A stretch of 62,401 nucleotides of DNA, the filler included, from Sphacelaria rigidula (lineage: Eukaryota), in assembly GCA_964200075.2 (NCBI GenBank). It is 10 parts of 10 records of this genome, joined end to end, with 100 filler letters (N's around TTAATTAATTAA, not from the genome) between each part and the next. Parts side by side here need not be neighbours in the genome. Positions count along the whole stretch, not along the records: positions 56,253 to 62,401 come from CAXNAA020021927.1; 9 more parts are not named here. The stretch is one strand, 5' to 3'. The stretch's first letter is position 1; each line of letters starts with the position of its first letter. Under the pieces are notes generated by a model that saw only the letters and a list, made by a program, of their open reading frames with translations, searched no databases and was not told where the DNA came from. Both the position numbers and the translations under genes were made by a program. Positions 59,366 to 62,401 of this stretch are shown here, one piece after another.

Positions 59366-61738
59366 TCAACGCCGTCGCCATCTGCCATCATCACTACCCC
59401 CAGCTGCGCCGCCGTCACCCCGCTTTCTACTGCTGTCCAATACTCCGGCCTCTCCCATGGGGAAATAGGACACTTCGGGAATGCCATTCGCCCCCCCCTT
59501 TTGCAGAGCATGGACGTAGCTCTCCTGGCCGGTGTGCTCCAAATCAGGCTTATCGTTCAGGTAAGCGCGCACTAGGATGTAGTTCCACCTAGAGTAAAAA
59601 AAAACAGTGGCGACAATTTTATTGACAGGGTGGACGGCACGCCCGTCCCGGCGGCACCGCGGGAACGAGAAGGATCGGGTGTTCATACTGCGCATATCGT
59701 AGCTGCTGGACCATCGATTAAGTGTCCTCGAGAAGACCATTAGTGGTGCTTTGTTTTCACCCCCTATGACCCTCCGCCTCTCCGGATTTTCAAAATCGGT
59801 GCTTGCAAGGTTGTCTCCATACGCACAAAGAGCCGCGTGAGATGAGTTGACTGTTCTTGCCCCACAAAAGGCAGAACACTGTTGTGTTCCGTTTGTCGGC
59901 TACATTGGTTCACCACGGCGATTAACCTCTCGCGACAACGCGAAGGACGGGCTGTCAACGCGCACACATTGCCCAGCTATATCTATACACGGATGGTACG
60001 CTGAGTGCCTCATCCACCGCAGCGTGATTTCTGAAAATATCCTTGAAAAAGTAGTGCTTACTTAGCCGCGCCCAGTTACTTTGTCCACCTGCTCGAGCAC
60101 TTGAGTCGCCGATGACGTGACCAGATTGCCTACCTATCGCCCGATCTAAATACACATCGATGCTCCCACGAAACAACACGCATTTTTACCGACAACTGCA
60201 ACTGCCTGCGCCGCTTCAACAGCACTTCGACCCTACACGATAGGCGCACACGAGATACGCGTAGTAGTTGATACCAACAAATTTACCCCCCACACGCGAC
60301 GTCAATCGGAGATTCCCATCTCACATGCAATGGTCGTGGGTAACATGGTTGAAGAAATTGTTACCCGCGCGGTCGAACTCATTCCTCGAAATGCCACACA
60401 CCACGCATCGCCCGCGCAATTCCGCTTTAAGATCGGCCTCTTCGTCTCGCAGCTGCGCAAAGCTGAAAGGCCGTCGAGGATTGGAGCGCGCGAGGCGGAT
60501 GGGAGGGGGGGGGGGGGGGGGGTACTCTTTTGTTGCTTGCCTTATTAATTTGACCTTTCCCCACCCACCCCTTTCGAGCCGGAGCNNNNNNNNNNCATTT
60601 GTTGCTTGCCTTAGTCATTTGACCATTGACCACGCATCCCTTTCGAGACGGAGCACCGGGGGGGGGGGGGAAGGGGGGTTGGAGAGCAGCCACTCAACCG
60701 TGTAACATGTTACTTGCTGTCATGCATTTGTCGAGTCGCCTCAACGTGAGTTGCTTGTTTCGAATAATGGGGCAGTGCCGTTCTCATTTTCCCGAGTGTA
60801 TTGGTTCACCTCTCGCGTCTTTTCGTTCCGTAATGTAAGGGGGTCATTTTGGTGCGTTGCATTTCTCAACATATATGTATATACATATTCTGTTGTCCCT
60901 CTTCTCTTCTTTTATTTTCTTGACCTCCCCTGATGGACCTACCATTCCTGTTTTTTCTTCTCCTTTTCTTCAGGGAGTGATTCAGTTTGTTCTTGTCTCG
61001 GGTGTGTCTATCATGTGGATAATGACCACGGCTGGATCATGATTCCTGGGGGATCACTTAATGTGGAGAATAACAGTCAACCAATCAACCAATCAACCAA
61101 TGATTAAGGCTTTGGGATAAAGGAAAATGCACTGTTGCGTTTCCTTTATGTTTACTCTCAATACCGTATCAGTTCTTGGATCCCACTCCCGCGCACTTTG
61201 TGTGTGGGAGTTGCTGCGCAAATAGTGCGGTACCCAAATAACTGCCTCACAACCTTCTTCCATAGCCTTGTTCGTTTTTGCAGTCCTCTGCACCGTTTCC
61301 CCACCGGAAACCGTATGGAAGGAGCCTACCGTTCGTCTTCCCCCCGCCGTACCTTTGCGGGACAGGGGTAGATCTTAGCCCGGCGTTTATCGTACCTCCG
61401 TCTTCTGCTCTCCCTTTCCTTTCCTTTCCTGTATCTCCTCTTTTTTTTTTCTTTCACTTTACTATTTTTCGTTCTCTCTCTTTCTCCCCCCTTCCTCAAG
61501 TCCCCGTTGAGTGTGTTCCATTTTTTGTTTCTTCATTTCTTTCACCTTGGGCACACACGCCCATCTCTGGACCACGGTTGCATTCGTGGTCGATGAAACA
61601 GTTCAGGGCAATCAATCAATCAAACCAACAATCAATCAGCACTTGCCTGTCCAGGATTACACCCGACACCATGTTGAGCAGCAGCAGCGGTACCAGCACC
61701 CAATACGACACGTCGAACAAAAAGCGAGTAAACTGTGT
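59366..61738 (-). CDS. ITPR: IP3 receptor/ryanodine receptor-type Ca2+ release channel, C-terminal S6 and linker region (3 exons)
   Basis: Exons 61647-61738 (TQFTRFLFDVSYWVLVPLLLLNMVSGVILD; GC donor), 60325-60462 (SFAQLRDEEADLKAELRGRCVVCGISRNEFDRAGNNFFNHVTHDHCM) and 59588 down to ~59366 (WNYILVRAYLNDKPDLEHTGQESYVHALQ...SYFPMGEA). These match the IP3R pattern GVIIDTFADLR...CFICG..R..FD....F..H...EHNMW.Y......K...YTG.ESYV....FP. Confidence 0.92.
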
Positions 61739-62401
61739 CTGCAGCATCACAAAGTGGACATCGAGGGAGAAGGCCACCAGGGCGGGAGCAGGGAGGGGGG
61801 GCGGAGGTTGGAGACAACGTGGCGCGACTACACCCACAACCTGCGCCCGGAAGACTTTAACCCCTGTAAAACTGGGTCTGGATCCTCATCTGTGCTTACA
61901 CCTACACTCTTGAGACGGGGAAGGGGGGAATGGGAACACGGAGCAGAGAAATGGAGAACGAATTCGCTCGAGTATCGTGATGCCGGATTGCGAGCAGTCC
62001 AGACGAACTCGTAGCATCCCGCGCATTTTTTTATCCTGGGACATGTATACAGCATATATGTACCCGGCCATAATTTGGTCAAAGAAGATCATTGACGCAA
62101 GTGCCGGCGCGGCGAAGACCTCCGCTAATTCGACCTACGTCACAATAAGATGCCGCTGTGTTGAAAGCTGCCTACGCAAGAGCCGCCCTTGCTAGAGCAA
62201 CAAGAGCAGCACCAGCCCGCGAGGGAACCAATTTGGAAACGGTCGAGAGAGTGGCCTGCTCCGTACATGGGTAGGCAAGAGTGTTGGAGCGGGGGGAGGG
62301 CACGTGCGCGCGCGCGGGTGTGTGTGTGTGTACTCATGATCTTGCATGCCATAGCTATATGACCATTGACCTCACATCCCTACAAAGCCGGGACGGAGCA
62401 C

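Overview
This window is not one locus. It is ten unrelated, size-sorted contigs of about 6.15 kb (1-6151, 6252-12402, 12503-18653, 18754-24904, 25005-31154, 31255-37404, 37505-43654, 43755-49903, 50004-56152, 56253-62401). They are joined by artificial 100-bp spacers (44 N + TTAATTAATTAA + 44 N). The DNA is eukaryotic: short GT-AG exons sit in long introns full of SINEs, LINE ends and MITEs. A brown alga (Phaeophyceae, kelp-like) is the most likely source, but that is inference. Most listed six-frame ORFs are spurious. Splicing by hand recovers fragments of cytoplasmic dynein heavy chain, a PH-domain protein, a TauD/gamma-butyrobetaine-hydroxylase-type dioxygenase, a RING-finger protein, an SOS1/SLC9C-type Na+/H+ antiporter, a possible EMG1/Nep1 first exon and an IP3R/RyR-type Ca2+ channel with a GC-AG intron. 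The most striking item is a spliced gene for a phage-tail-fibre-like protein: modular Thr/Gly-rich repeats followed by a Peptidase S74 autocleaving chaperone domain. Also notable are a decayed foreign-looking ORF inside an intron, a hAT-type element built from palindromic 41-bp repeats, LINE 3' ends sitting in poly-C/G tracts, and a ~264-bp satellite with higher-order structure that two MITEs have invaded. No CRISPR array, rRNA or intact tRNA was found.
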